This document shows positions 11,301 through 22,283 of a stretch of DNA of 64,000 nucleotides, piece after piece (position 1 is the stretch's first letter; each line of letters opens with the position of its first letter). The DNA comes from Oopsacas minuta (lineage: Eukaryota > Animalia > Porifera). The notes below the pieces were generated by a model. That model had not been told where the DNA came from, searched no databases, and was given only the letters and a program-made list of their open reading frames with translations. A program made the position numbers and the translations under genes. Where the stretch lies: contig JAKMXF010000133.1 of the NCBI GenBank assembly GCA_024704765.1, forward strand, positions 248,001 through 312,000. The letters run 5' to 3'.

Positions 11301-12002
11301 TCCTAGAATGAACTGTTTGAGAGCTGAAATAGGAAATTGTTTGCAGTTTGTCTGTACCTCTGGAAAAGCTGATAGAAATTCCCTGAAAATAATCGGGAGA
11401 TATTTATGGAAATATTGTAATTTTTGTATATTTTCTGCTTCTCCAATCTCCGCCAGATTTGAAAATAACTTCTGTATGTGATCTGTTTTCCTAATTTTAT
11501 TACGAAAGAGATTTGTGTAATCTTCAGCCAGGCCTGTGTGAAAAAGCGCAGATCCCATAATTTCAAATACACCAGTATATTTATCCAACACCTGTATGGA
11601 TATCTCTAACAGATTATCACAAAAGACCCCACAAACTCGTCTAATATTCGGGATATTATTTTGTAGCTGTATATAATGTAGACAGAGTTTGTTAGTACAA
11701 TTCTTTATCTCATCGCTAACTGCGTTACCATTTATAACTTCTAATTGTAGCAATGATTGTAGGAGAATAGAACTTTTCTCTAACGAAGAGAATATAACTA
11801 ACGCAGAGGGAAATGCGAGAATTTTGGGTAGACAAATAGCTGCATAATGTATAGCAGTATTATTGGAGGATTGGAATGCATCAAGAAGTATGTTATCCCA
11901 TTTGATGTTGTAATTAATAGTAAGTGTTATGTCCCTATTCTCCTTGTGATATTGATCCAGTAGCTTGTTCAGTTTCAACCAGTTTGTTCCTAAGCTACTC
12001 AT
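8352..12002 (-). CDS. URB2: Nucleolar pre-ribosome factor URB2/Npa2-like, 1216 aa, intronless
   Basis: Long helical ORF ending LTPCILALIG...LQAQLDTAGRSYYKQLREEFEKFYKFKG, resembling the Urb2/Npa2 C-terminal domain. Confidence 0.75.
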   Translation of the reverse strand: MSSLGTNWLKLNKLLDQYHKENRDITLTINYNIKWDNILLDAFQSSNNTAIHYAAICLPKILAFPSALVIFSSLEKSSILLQSLLQLEVINGNAVSDEIKNCTNKLCLHYIQLQNNIPNIRRVCGVFCDNLLEISIQVLDKYTGVFEIMGSALFHTGLAEDYTNLFRNKIRKTDHIQKLFSNLAEIGEAENIQKLQYFHKYLPIIFREFLSAFPEVQTNCKQFPISALKQFILGLQLNSPTYKTLPLITSRFECLSIIIEQLESHLRVFPNDPELESAEFYTFSDILNKLIPLYTVYPKYTSLCITNIQKINHKIVEVKLQEIFVNIFSTDVYEMKLLDSLFEIYSRLNQLDKLIQIIIAAANELDQALLRPMVEIKKITQKYFAINSLNTSNKCLEILLTDIENNPFVILSSLFCHILAVSPIRDLNTTQTHKNTFLEIINRLHSLLNTYTPSSLPGVFCYFNLLDAFVLVSLQLGMLSFSKDSISSLKVLEIVQINWFIIPIVWSSEWRNIASKFSEEMLKRIEILQMNILITLSRYHEANIFNIPPDNVIENLSLAIEQILTHKNENEILVTILQYSWQYLHKLSPQALLAISERILDSLATDNTLRNVLYSPQFKELPLLHSYICYGCMIRVFQRINTNTLLIGLIIEFYTNLIQCRENDFHTIIREINSILTSHTKNRRNIDSQIERDLLCPLDIIPLNQISVQLKLCLFLGLEVLIISVADREIIEITLEYCVRLLHGVNGKMLKYERNQVEEYICNLDQFTIYTYNISRDNKISCLELFTEIAIFLSDRNIEQFVSLTNYTITLWSADILEIPLQQYELTYAIVNKPRFLREKMRNAINNLVEVTTPILLNIITRTHGCTGNALRSISVNLSYIILSKKQESTQLLIEAIELILRQIVKLLLKHNVNDSSSLEALSSIANTLRQHNYSVDIDIDKFLNKQSMDESGAVSMKFMVGWIACSDLHNFRTFLDEMVDKIEFMIFCRLLSGLIEGNIPDTHRGEIRKSFHRILTKLTDYLTDREINRNDAFICLSLLSGIFTLPNHIGLSNRSVVQGITSLTLLPLDKFEETPNNIFQFKCKSLHNLLHNYPESTISCIPVFLLLTKELVKFVFKLDNIEISILPRLLESYTSIPALSNYTYHVLHQYIVTAQEYPQKQTIKKLLTPCILALIGFSKPETLLSLQAQLDTAGRSYYKQLREEFEKFYKFKGRT

Positions 12003-12169
12003 TTATCTTCTAATTACTAAACACATGAAAACAGATCAAAGATTTACAGAAAACACTCCCATTCAATTGTTATAGGATAAAATTCTGTCGGCTCAGATCT
12101 TACTTTAAGATATTTTCGTTTCGCTTCCAGTTTCTTATTATTTGATTTATAAGAATTACGAATTAGGTT

Positions 12170-12883
12170 ATGAAGCAGTTGGAGCAGAATAAATACCGGG
12201 TAGTTGTTGAGGGTAACATAGCTTGTGGGAAGAGTACTCTATTACGTCATCTCTCCAAGGTCCCCTTCACAGAGGTACACTACGAGCCGATAGACAGATG
12301 GCGAAACATTGAGGGGGAAAATTTACTAGCTAGATACTACAGTAATGCAACCAGATATGCTTATCTATTCCAACAGAATGTATTGCAAACGATGATGGAA
12401 ATACATCACCTGCCACAAACAGAGCCTTTATTCGTTATGGAGAGATCAGCATTCAGTAGTAGATACTGTTTCGTAAAGACGCTATACGAGAACAGATCTA
12501 TTGAGGATTTAGAGTTCAATTGTTTTGACAGATGGTTCAAATGGCTAATGAGGGAGAGACCACCTTCTGTCGATTTGATTATCTACCTCCGCACGTCACC
12601 GGAAACCTGTCTACAGCGTCTGTACTCTAGAAGCAGAGAGGAGGACAAAGCTCTGCTTTTACCGTTCATAAAATCATTAGATGTTTGTTATGAGCAATGG
12701 CTAGGGACACCTGATAATCATATATGGCATAACAATACGCCAGTCTTGTTGCTAGATGGTAACTTGGATGTAGGCTCAGATGCAGCGCTACATAACAAGA
12801 TGGTATCACAGATTATACAGAAATTGGAGAATATAACACCTCCTGAAAAGGTTATGAAAGCACAAATAGAAGTTTCTAATTGA
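12170..12883 (+). CDS. Deoxynucleoside kinase (TK2/dNK family)
   Basis: P-loop VEGNIACGKST, EPIDRW, MERS, lid motif YLRTSPETCLQRLYSRSREE. Confidence 0.92.
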   Translation: MKQLEQNKYRVVVEGNIACGKSTLLRHLSKVPFTEVHYEPIDRWRNIEGENLLARYYSNATRYAYLFQQNVLQTMMEIHHLPQTEPLFVMERSAFSSRYCFVKTLYENRSIEDLEFNCFDRWFKWLMRERPPSVDLIIYLRTSPETCLQRLYSRSREEDKALLLPFIKSLDVCYEQWLGTPDNHIWHNNTPVLLLDGNLDVGSDAALHNKMVSQIIQKLENITPPEKVMKAQIEVSN

Positions 12884-13318
12884 ACTAGTAATTTGAATTA
12901 TATTCACTTATCTCACCGATCTTACCACTTCTATTCATAGTATAATAATGCACGCTATAACACTTTCAATCAAACTGTCTCTTATATGCTTTCTACATTG
13001 GGTATTTGTATACGAGCAGGTTGTGCTTACTATATTTTACTTGTAGATTAACTTTATATAGAAAATATTCTCGAACCTTCTCAGTATGATATTGATATTA
13101 TGGCCAAGTGATAATTATGAGATTATATTTTATTATTGAAAAATGGCAAGAAATAACGTATTAGGTAAGTGATTGATGTTAATAAATAAATCGATATCTT
13201 TCAATGTGCTATTTAAGCTGAAGATCATTGTTACTGGAAATTATGAGTATCCATGGTTGTGCTATGTTGGTGCAATTATGACTCAATTATGACTCATAAT
13301 TTTTATCAAAAAGATACT

Positions 13319-13392
13319 CGCCCAGTATGGGACTCGAACCCACGACCCTCAGGTTAAAAGCCTGATGCTCTAGCCAACTGAGCTAACTGGGC
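13319..13392 (-). tRNA. tRNA-Lys(TTT)
   Basis: Reverse complement GCCCAGTTAGCTCAGTTGGCTAGAGCATCAGGCTTTTAACCTGAGGGTCGTGGGTTCGAGTCCCATACTGGGCG folds as a cloverleaf with A and B boxes and anticodon loop CT-TTT-AA; T5 Pol III terminator a few nt downstream. Confidence 0.97.
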
Positions 13393-13516
13393 AGAGATAA
13401 ATAATACATTCCCTCTCAGTAATTTTCACTGTATCTTCCGCAATATTTGCATTCGTTTTCTACTTAAAAAGCAAATTTACTTCCAAAACATTGACTAAAA
13501 TTATTATATCTGATTA

Positions 13517-15334
13517 TTATGAATTAACAAATGGTTTCCTCTTCTTCTTGCTCTTGAGGACAGCATGAGCAAGAAACTCTGACACTACATCCGTACCATC
13601 TGCATTTTGTAATGGCACACAAATTTCTTGTTTAGCTAGGATAGCATATAACAAGTGTGTTAGCTCACTAGAATAAGGTGGAACAATTACATTCAACACT
13701 TCGCTTACAAAATGTCGTATGAGAGACTGATCGAAACATCCTTTTTCACTACAATCCAGTATATAACTCATTACTTCAATCGAGTAGCCACATACAAACA
13801 AATGTATCATATGATCTAGCACAGTTTGTTGTAATTCTAACTCATGGTATATCTCTATTCCCTGGTTAGTAGCCTCGAATAACTCGGTTAACAACTCAAA
13901 TACATCTGGGTGTAGTAAGCTATGCTTCTCTGATATCTCATCTAACAGTACGAAGTATATTGGACCATGGATTGGGTACACTTGAAAGAACTCTGAACCT
14001 CTCACTGTATGTGTGAACCAGCATAAAACACCTTTAGACACTACTGGATATGAAATAAACTGAATTAGATTTGAAAAATGAGATGGAACATCTGATAAGT
14101 TCAGAGTCAGCTGTTTACAAATAGAACTTGACATCTGAATAACTTCAATAGTTTCTTGTAGTTCTGCTTGATTGTCTGGAGGTGACGAATCAGCTGATAT
14201 ATCAGACGATTGCATAGTTACCGCATATGCTAATAGGAATATACACTTCTCTACATGATCAGTATTTGATGAACCGTTAGGATGGTATATCTCATCAACT
14301 AACAGCCTCAAGAACTGGGGTATTCTGAGTAGTAACACAGATCCTGTTGAGGAATGTTCCTTCCTAAAATATTCATAAATGGTATTAGCATCAGATATAT
14401 GCAATGCATCTTTGGTTAGAATTGAATTGATGGATGCTAAGACCTGATAATCACAAGGGACCTGCTTAATTAGGAGATCGATTCGTGTTACGTCGATTCC
14501 CTTAATTTTAGCTTGTTTTGTGAGATAATGCGATAAATAACGAATTGATAATTTATTCTGATTATATGTTTTGTTTTGTTGTTCGCTAGAATCTGTGTCT
14601 TGTTTTGTAAGAGCTAGAATATTATCAAAATTGGTTAGGAAATCTAGGAAAGTTTGTATTAGGAAATAAGCGTGTTGGCTGTTTAGTGCGAGCTGTGTGA
14701 ACTCTTTCAGTGTAGAGTTACATTTGGAGTTCGGCTCTACAGCTTCATTCAGATTGAAAAGTATTTTAGTTAGAGATGGATTCAAAATAGTTTGGAAATA
14801 TTGGAAATTTGTAGAGGCTGTTTTTACGTTAATTAACTCGCTATGATATCCCGAATTAGCTATCAAATCTTGCATTAGTTTAAGCATTAGACAATCTGGG
14901 TATAAATCCAATAGTTTGTATATCATTTGTCTCCAATATTTCTCATTTATCATCGTCTCTAGCCACGGAGGTATGTCGTGTCGTGAAAATATTTCGTCAG
15001 CTTTTTTAGGATCGAAATTCCGCATTACGAAATCTGCGAAATGATTCATATTCAGTTCATTTATACTTTTGGCTGTGTAGCCGAGTGAGGTGAGGAGACC
15101 TTGGAGGACATAAATCGCGAACGGAGCACACTCATAACTTTCAAATAACATCTCGTAAAGTTCCCCGAGTGCATGTCCGTCTGCTATGTACTTATCCACC
15201 ACAGGGTAGATAGAAGGTTCTAGAATAAAATCCTTTTGACTCAGGTCATGTTCTAGACTAGTGTCTTGTTCCTGAGGAAGTTCTAGAGATTTAGAGATAT
15301 CATTGGATGTATCAGTTTCATTGCTGTCATCCAT
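13517..15334 (-). CDS. NELFCD: Negative elongation factor C/D (TH1L)
   Basis: DFILEPSI...PPWLETMINEKYWRQMIYKLLDLYPDCLMLK...LLRIPQFL...PVVSKGVLCW...VLDHMIHLFVCGY...IRHFVSEVLNVIVPPYS. Confidence 0.93.
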   Translation of the reverse strand: MDDSNETDTSNDISKSLELPQEQDTSLEHDLSQKDFILEPSIYPVVDKYIADGHALGELYEMLFESYECAPFAIYVLQGLLTSLGYTAKSINELNMNHFADFVMRNFDPKKADEIFSRHDIPPWLETMINEKYWRQMIYKLLDLYPDCLMLKLMQDLIANSGYHSELINVKTASTNFQYFQTILNPSLTKILFNLNEAVEPNSKCNSTLKEFTQLALNSQHAYFLIQTFLDFLTNFDNILALTKQDTDSSEQQNKTYNQNKLSIRYLSHYLTKQAKIKGIDVTRIDLLIKQVPCDYQVLASINSILTKDALHISDANTIYEYFRKEHSSTGSVLLLRIPQFLRLLVDEIYHPNGSSNTDHVEKCIFLLAYAVTMQSSDISADSSPPDNQAELQETIEVIQMSSSICKQLTLNLSDVPSHFSNLIQFISYPVVSKGVLCWFTHTVRGSEFFQVYPIHGPIYFVLLDEISEKHSLLHPDVFELLTELFEATNQGIEIYHELELQQTVLDHMIHLFVCGYSIEVMSYILDCSEKGCFDQSLIRHFVSEVLNVIVPPYSSELTHLLYAILAKQEICVPLQNADGTDVVSEFLAHAVLKSKKKRKPFVNS

Positions 15335-15578
15335 CTTATTGGAAATAAACTATAAAATTGAAGCAATTATTTTGTAATGTAAATATTTGTATTTTGATAT
15401 GTGTACTCGTTTAAGAGGTGCTTACAAATTACAGCTGATTAAGGAATAACCTGTGAAAGCATCAAAAATTGGGCTTTGGGAAAGAAAACACCCCTTATGC
15501 TATTAAATGAAGGTTCATTTCTCATAGACGGAACATAACCGTACTCAACCTACAAATTCTACTATTAATCCATTATAG

Positions 15579-17429
15579 TTATATCTTTATAATCTGCCCT
15601 GAGAATCCATCCTCTGCTAATCTCAGTCTACAGAAACTCCCTCCTGTCTCTCCTCTCACCAATCTCCCCGGGTTAACACATAATGTCGGTCCCTCTAGTC
15701 GTAAGAATTCTTTCATCTGTGAGGGTATAACAAGTATATGCGGACGCTGATTTATTGCTAAATGAATACCTTTCGTGATTTCTAAATTAACCTCAACACT
15801 AGGAGGGTAGAGAGGATAGAACTTCCTTTGAGAGAATAAATGTCCCAAAATTCTAGCAAATCGATCTGTCATCTCAACAGCTACTTCTTTCTTAACCATG
15901 TGCGCGATAACGTCAGTGCTAGAAACCGCGAATCTAATAGTATTAAAATCAAATTGTGCTGGATTCGGGTACAAATGAGAGTGTGTTCCTATTTTAGCTG
16001 GGTTCGCACCTTTTAAAATATTCTCTTTCAAGTTCAGATTCGGATACGGGGGTTGTGGAAATATAGGGGGATGATAGATATCTTTCAGTGACGGAATTAT
16101 CACTACTTTAGTCCCAATCTTACTTGTAGCGTCTAGAAGAATCTCTATCTGCCTTCTAAACAGCTCGTCATAGCTACATTGTAGCTCTGGAGTTCCTAAT
16201 GCTGTATTATCCTCTGACACAACTGGTCCCATCATGATTAAGAGGTCAGGTTTAGCTTCGTTAATTACTTTTATGAAATCATTCAATGGTTCATACTCTA
16301 AGTCCTTAGATGACGTATAAGGCCCAGCTATTATATATACGATAAGAGGGCATGTAGTGATCGGTCTGCCTATTATGGGAGGAGGTACTCCTGTTCTAAT
16401 CTCTCTTACATGAAAATACTTCTCATCAGGGTTCTTGTATCCACGGACCGCGATTATCTGTCCGGGAAATAGAGAGTATTTGTCTAGCTTTGAAATGTCC
16501 AGTTTAGCCCATCTGTGTCTCGCAGAGGTCTCTCTTGTACCTACGATTGCAAAAGAAGCGGATTTTAGTTCAGAATTGGCGTGCTCATCTTCGTTATCGA
16601 AATCAGACGCCAGACGGCCTGATACCCAGATATCCTGTCCGCTAACTTCAAGAGTATCAAACTCAGGAATGTCTAACTCAATCGCCATCAGCTCTGACAT
16701 CTCGTCGGCCTGTTCATCCATGACCTGAGCATCTATAGCTTGTTTTGGGTCCATATACTTGTATGGTGCTGTGAGTGGTTTAACCGCAGGATGACTAGAT
16801 ACCAATTCTATCATACACGGGTCTCTGTCTGTCGGGGGAGAGGAGTTGTACCATTTTATGGTTAGACTAGCGTCCTTCCATTGGTCAGGGAGATGTTCCT
16901 CGTTGATCGTAGCTATAATCATGCCTCGATTCTTCCTGGCAAAATAAGGAGTATCTTCTGTAGGATCATGTTTAAAAACCGGGATCCCTTCTTCTCTCTC
17001 ATCCATAGTTATCAGTGATTGCATTGAACTAATCTCCTTCCTAGCTTTCTCCTTGGTCTCTTCGTCAGCATACTTCTCAATCATCTCCAGGTCTTCAGGG
17101 GCTGTAACCATTTCCCCTTGTCTCCGATTGGTGCCCACACGGGCGATGGATACAGGCTTGCTACTGGATGCCAGCGCAACTGAACTAGACTGCTTTAACA
17201 CTGGGAGGAAAGTGTCCAGGTCATCTGGAGTCAGGACAAATTTAATGTCACCACTATCAACTTTGAGAGTGTACAGTATCCATTCGTCTACGAATTTGTC
17301 TGCTTGAATTCCAATTGCATTACACGTCTCTTGGATACGTGATACCACTACTGGGTCAGATACTTTTATATCAAAGCTATCCAGCTGTTCCTTCACGTTA
17401 TCCTCTGTTGTTACTTCTGTATTAGACAT
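15579..17429 (-). CDS. POLA2: DNA polymerase alpha subunit B
   Basis: YSLFPGQIIAVRG, AGPYTSSKDLEYEPL, PDLLIMMGP, FPQPP, QRKFYPLYPP, PHILVIPS, CVNPGRL. Confidence 0.95.
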   Translation of the reverse strand: MSNTEVTTEDNVKEQLDSFDIKVSDPVVVSRIQETCNAIGIQADKFVDEWILYTLKVDSGDIKFVLTPDDLDTFLPVLKQSSSVALASSSKPVSIARVGTNRRQGEMVTAPEDLEMIEKYADEETKEKARKEISSMQSLITMDEREEGIPVFKHDPTEDTPYFARKNRGMIIATINEEHLPDQWKDASLTIKWYNSSPPTDRDPCMIELVSSHPAVKPLTAPYKYMDPKQAIDAQVMDEQADEMSELMAIELDIPEFDTLEVSGQDIWVSGRLASDFDNEDEHANSELKSASFAIVGTRETSARHRWAKLDISKLDKYSLFPGQIIAVRGYKNPDEKYFHVREIRTGVPPPIIGRPITTCPLIVYIIAGPYTSSKDLEYEPLNDFIKVINEAKPDLLIMMGPVVSEDNTALGTPELQCSYDELFRRQIEILLDATSKIGTKVVIIPSLKDIYHPPIFPQPPYPNLNLKENILKGANPAKIGTHSHLYPNPAQFDFNTIRFAVSSTDVIAHMVKKEVAVEMTDRFARILGHLFSQRKFYPLYPPSVEVNLEITKGIHLAINQRPHILVIPSQMKEFLRLEGPTLCVNPGRLVRGETGGSFCRLRLAEDGFSGQIIKI

Positions 17430-17536
17430 ACGACTACTCGCTATAGAGTATAAGAGGACAGTTCAATGAGGTCAAATGTTCTGGTACCAAAGGCATAGTT
17501 CTAGAATATTCTGCGATTCCAAGTTATTTATCGATA

Positions 17537-17603
17537 CGTGTATGCCTGTTATAAAAACATGTATTACTACTCCCAAGGGTTTTCTTATAACCGACATACA
17601 CTG
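17537..17603. mobile_element. Tc1/mariner(pogo)-type MITE with TA flanks, family A
   Basis: GTGTATGCCTGTTATAAAAA versus reverse complement of TTCTTATAACCGACATACACTG; TA on both sides. Confidence 0.6.
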
Positions 17604-17636
17604 TATTTAGAGATAAGAAATATAGAATAGCACAAC

Positions 17637-19109
17637 ATGGCTACTCCTACAATATGCTCAATAACAGAACTAGTTGCCACACACGACTACACACCAACAG
17701 ATGAGTCAGAGACTAGTGAGATAGAGCTAGAGTATCTCTACGAGGTAAGAGCTCTGTCTGAGTTCAGGAGTCAAGAACCAGAAGACATATCATTCTCTAA
17801 AGAAGAAATCCTATACATTATAGATGATAGTAGGAAGGACGGATGGTTACTAGCGTATAACGAGGATGGAGATCAGGGTCTAGTCCCTGGTAACTATGTA
17901 ACTGTAGAGAATGTAGTAGAAGAGGAGCCTAAGCCGAAACAGACAGGAGCAAGTGTCTGGGCTAAGGTGAGGGAGAACATGGCCCCGGATGCATTTAGAT
18001 TAGCCCTTAGAGGATTTGGAGTTACTCTCCCCTCTGGATTCAGGGAGTCAACACTCGCGAAATTTCACACCTCAACTCTGTCTACCCGCTTCAAACCTAA
18101 GCTCTCAGTATCCGGACTTAATTTCGTGGACCCTTGTCTAAAACCTACTCACTATAGCCCCGCACTAGAGAGAGAATTGTCTATTCTTTATGCGTCAAAT
18201 GTTCCAGAGGTTGACAACCAGCTTAACGTCATTAAAAGTCAAGTCAGATTGTGTATATTTAACAGGAAATCTGATATTTTATCTAACATGCTAACTCTAA
18301 CAGCTGTAATGTCGTCTGGTGATAAGAAGACTTGGAAACTTAAGAAAGGAGTATCTAATCGTGACGTAATCCTCTCTGTCAAGGAATTAGACCCGAATCT
18401 AGAACTGGTTATAGAATTGGGGGTTAGCTACACCAAGGAGGATCACCAGGACGAGCTATCAACCGGATGGGCTTGTGTTCCTCTATTCAAACAAGGCACA
18501 GCTTTACAGAACAAGACTTATGGAATAAAATTAAATGGAGGTAGCCTGTTCGAACAAGGAATAGAGCTCGATCCTACCGCGAATATTTCAAACAAGAAAA
18601 GTATATTCGTTACAAACAGAAAACCGACCGTATTTCTAAGATTCTCATCCATAAGCAGAAGTAATAGAGAACTAATAACATTCCTTCCTGATGACGTAAT
18701 AATCCCTAAAGCATATATACCAATAGTCCATCGTTACCAAAAGTTATCCTCACAAATTTTAGAATATTCTTCGCTGAATTTATCGTCACCTGAAATATAT
18801 GTGTTCCTAACCGCGCTTGACAGACCTCTCATCATGGATACGGTAGTGCAGCTATGGAATGATATTAATCAGAATAAGAGACGTACTCAGAGGATTAATG
18901 ACGTCATGCAAAATCAATGTCTGGTAGACTTTATATTACAGAAAATGTACCCGTTGATAACTTCAACATATCTTGAGGAACAGCTGATTAAACAAGATCC
19001 TATACAAACACTCACAGGAGAAGATGAATCAGATTCTCCTCTATTTGCTTACAATCTTCACTTCACACCTTTCAACATATCTGAAATTATTACAGAGTTC
19101 AGCAGCTGA
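17637..19109 (+). CDS. NPHP1: Nephrocystin-1-like (SH3 plus nephrocystin homology region), lacking the N-terminal coiled coil
   Basis: SH3 (ALSEF...EDISFSKEEIL...DGWL...GLVPGNYV); GFRESTL...RFKPKLSVSGLNFVD; ELSTGWACVPL; LNGGSLFEQGIELDP. Confidence 0.85.
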   Translation: MATPTICSITELVATHDYTPTDESETSEIELEYLYEVRALSEFRSQEPEDISFSKEEILYIIDDSRKDGWLLAYNEDGDQGLVPGNYVTVENVVEEEPKPKQTGASVWAKVRENMAPDAFRLALRGFGVTLPSGFRESTLAKFHTSTLSTRFKPKLSVSGLNFVDPCLKPTHYSPALERELSILYASNVPEVDNQLNVIKSQVRLCIFNRKSDILSNMLTLTAVMSSGDKKTWKLKKGVSNRDVILSVKELDPNLELVIELGVSYTKEDHQDELSTGWACVPLFKQGTALQNKTYGIKLNGGSLFEQGIELDPTANISNKKSIFVTNRKPTVFLRFSSISRSNRELITFLPDDVIIPKAYIPIVHRYQKLSSQILEYSSLNLSSPEIYVFLTALDRPLIMDTVVQLWNDINQNKRRTQRINDVMQNQCLVDFILQKMYPLITSTYLEEQLIKQDPIQTLTGEDESDSPLFAYNLHFTPFNISEIITEFSS

Positions 19110-19176
19110 TAGTAATATTCATTTCTTAAGTAATTATCCAAATGCACTTACTTGTTATGTTACTACCAGCCTAGTA

Positions 19177-19306
19177 CAGTGGTTCCCAATATTGTTCATC
19201 CATGGACCCTCTCTTATAGACTGCAATATAATTTTAGATCCTGTGGAACCCTGTTGTCGCCCGTGGACCACCATGGGGTTCATGGATCCTAGATTGGGAA
19301 CCGCTG
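19177..19306. mobile_element. hAT-type MITE, 130 bp
   Basis: TIRs CAGTGGTTCCCAA / TTGGGAACCGCTG; 8-bp flanks only 4/8 identical. Confidence 0.7.
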
Positions 19307-19456
19307 TCCTAAACGACCTCCTGGTGCCGTATGGTGAATATATTCAATGACTAAAGGTAGTAACTTAATAATTTATAACTCTTATCATTTTTGTAATGTA
19401 TTGAATTAAATAGTTAGAAATCTGCTAGACATAATCTATGCACACAAAATGCATTA

Positions 19457-20020
<564 letters not shown>

Positions 20021-20330
20021 CTATTGTGTATTAGCCTGATTTATACAAGTGTATTACTGCCACGTATACAATAACTACAGAGCATAACCAAATCATTTAC
20101 AGTAAGGGTTCAGTAGATAACAGACCTAATAGAATCTGTTTAAAGTTGTATTTGGCTATTATATCACCGAATTTTGAATACTAACCAACACCATATAATT
20201 ATTTCCCGAGATTTTCAGGTTTTACTGATAAATAGCGATTTCATACATGTATATTCAAAATTATTATAATTAGGCGTTATAATGCATACAATGAAGGGAT
20301 TATATATCAGTACGTGTAGTGATCAGGTTG

Positions 20331-22219
20331 CTAATTGTAACTTAGTTTAGAACGTCTAGGGTGAGCTCTGCCATCAATTCCACTAGCAAGAACATTCTGT
20401 ACTCTATCCTTATAGCTCTCCTCTACTTCCTTACCTCTCATAAACTCCATTAGCTCTAATTGCTTCTCGTCCTCTTTCATCCTATCTTGATAATCCATCT
20501 GATAGAGTAGATCTTGTCTGTATTTCTTATTTGTATTTCGTATAGCTTCTTTCTGTTGTTCTTCTAGAGATCTGTGTTCTTGTAAATTGCACATTATTCT
20601 CTTCTGTTCCATCAGTGTATCCTCTTGTTCTAGTCTGTTACGCTCAAGCTTCTCTTCCAACTATAAATACAAACACATAATATACAAGATCTCTTTTAAC
20701 AGCGGAGTCCACTGGTGAAAAAGGTTGGAAACAGCTGCGTTATAGGTTCATGTTTTACACCTTCCCTTTATGTTAATATACCTGTTTCCTCCTGTCTTCT
20801 AGAACATCTTTCATGAGTTTGTCTCTCGCCTGTTTCTCCATTCTCCAATTCTCTACCCTCTTATTCCATTGCTTTTCCACCTCATCATTAATCAGAGAGT
20901 CTAACTCCCTATCTCTCATCTCTTCTACTTTCTTCTGTTCTCTCAGATGTTGTCTATAGTACTGCATCTCTTGCATTCTCTCTCTCTTCCTTGCTAGACT
21001 CTCCTGAGCTTCATTCTTCGTGGAGGTAAGAAGATCTTCAAGAATCTTCATATCAAGAGCTAGTTCCTCCTGTATTTCTTTAGCTTGTCTCTTCAGTTTA
21101 AGTTTGAGGGAGTAGTCTAGTGTGTTTCTTATTTCTCTCTGTCTGTTACGCTTCTCTTCTTTGTTACGTGTCTCTTCTACTGCTCTTAGGTGAGATTGTT
21201 CCCTAAAGTTATTGCTCATATAAATATGTTAAGACCCCAGTATAGCTTAATGAATGGGCCCAAGACATAACATTTTCGGGAAGAGGGCACTCTGACCTAT
21301 CTTTTTGAAATTTTAAAGCAAAAGAGGAAGTTCTTTATGGATCCAGACGGGGCTAAATGGGGCGAGGGGGTTACCTTAGGAACTCTGCTTCTTCCTCTCT
21401 TAACTTCTGTGCTTCCTCTTTCTGTCTCTCCAACGCAGCAGTCTGTAGGTCCAATATACTCAGTGTCTCCATATTCCTCTCAATAAGCATTCTAGTTTCA
21501 TTCTCCTCTCTCTCTGCTTTTGATGCAATATCATTCTGCCATAATTCAGCATACATACGTCCCTCTTCTCTCTCAATCTCTCTCTGTTGTTCTTTGAGTT
21601 TCAGCTGAGCTTCTCTGTCACGGAATACTCTATCAACGTGTCTCTTCGTCATAATCGACCGCACCTATTTAATGATTATACCAGCATTGAATTTATTTGA
21701 TAGAATAAGTCATACCTCTTCACAATTATTCCTAAACTGTTGGTCAAGCTTACTAGCTACTAATTCCTTCCTCTCTTCTTCCCGTTTAGTTTTATACATT
21801 TTCAACTTCTCTATCATGGCCTGTTGTCTATCCTCTACCGTTTCTTGTTGCTGCTCCATCTCTCTGAACCACTGTTCCTCCTCTTTCCAAAGCAGACCCC
21901 TCAATTCCTCCTTCCTCTCCTCTAGAGTATGTTCTTGCTGTCTTTGAAGCTCTCCTACAACCCTCTTAACCCGGTTAGTCTGAATACGTTTATCAGTTTG
22001 TTGTTCCCAAGTAGTTTTTATATCGTATTCCTGCTGACTAGTCACCTGGGCTAGAGCCTGATCTCTCAGCCCCTCCTGTCTCCTCCGCTCTAGGATAAGA
22101 TGTTCAGGTGGTAGTCTGTACGGAGGACGAGCGAATATCCCCACAGAATGTGGAGTAGGCCCGTTCACCTCTCGTACCTTCCTGTTCCTATCTAACTGCA
22201 TTGACATACTAGCTAGCAT
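20331..22219 (-). CDS. CFAP53: Cilia- and flagella-associated protein 53; exons 22219-21716, 21664-21375, 21202-20782, 20660-20331
   Basis: REVNGPTP, KLDQQFRNNCEEVR, ELWQNDIASKAERE; long coiled coil matching CCDC11/CFAP53; junctions in phase. Confidence 0.85.
20700..20737. mobile_element. Internally deleted copy of the same hAT MITE family, in a CFAP53 intron
   Basis: CAGCGGAGTCCACTGGTGAAAAAGGTTGGAAACAGCTG aligns to the reverse complement of 57392-57440. Confidence 0.6.
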
Positions 22220-22283
22220 ACAATTAATACAGATTTAAAATTTGACTAATAAATTCGTTAATAATATCCTCTACGCATAATAG

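Noticed and set aside
13143-13250. Small spliced plus-strand gene (ATGGCAAGAAATAACGTATTAG|GTAAGT)
   Set aside because: The best downstream exon stops after about 16 codons in total, with no recognisable product.
13272-13298. Tandem TGACTCA (AP-1-like) sites beside the tRNA
   Set aside because: An 11-bp local duplication downstream of a Pol III gene, with no supporting context.
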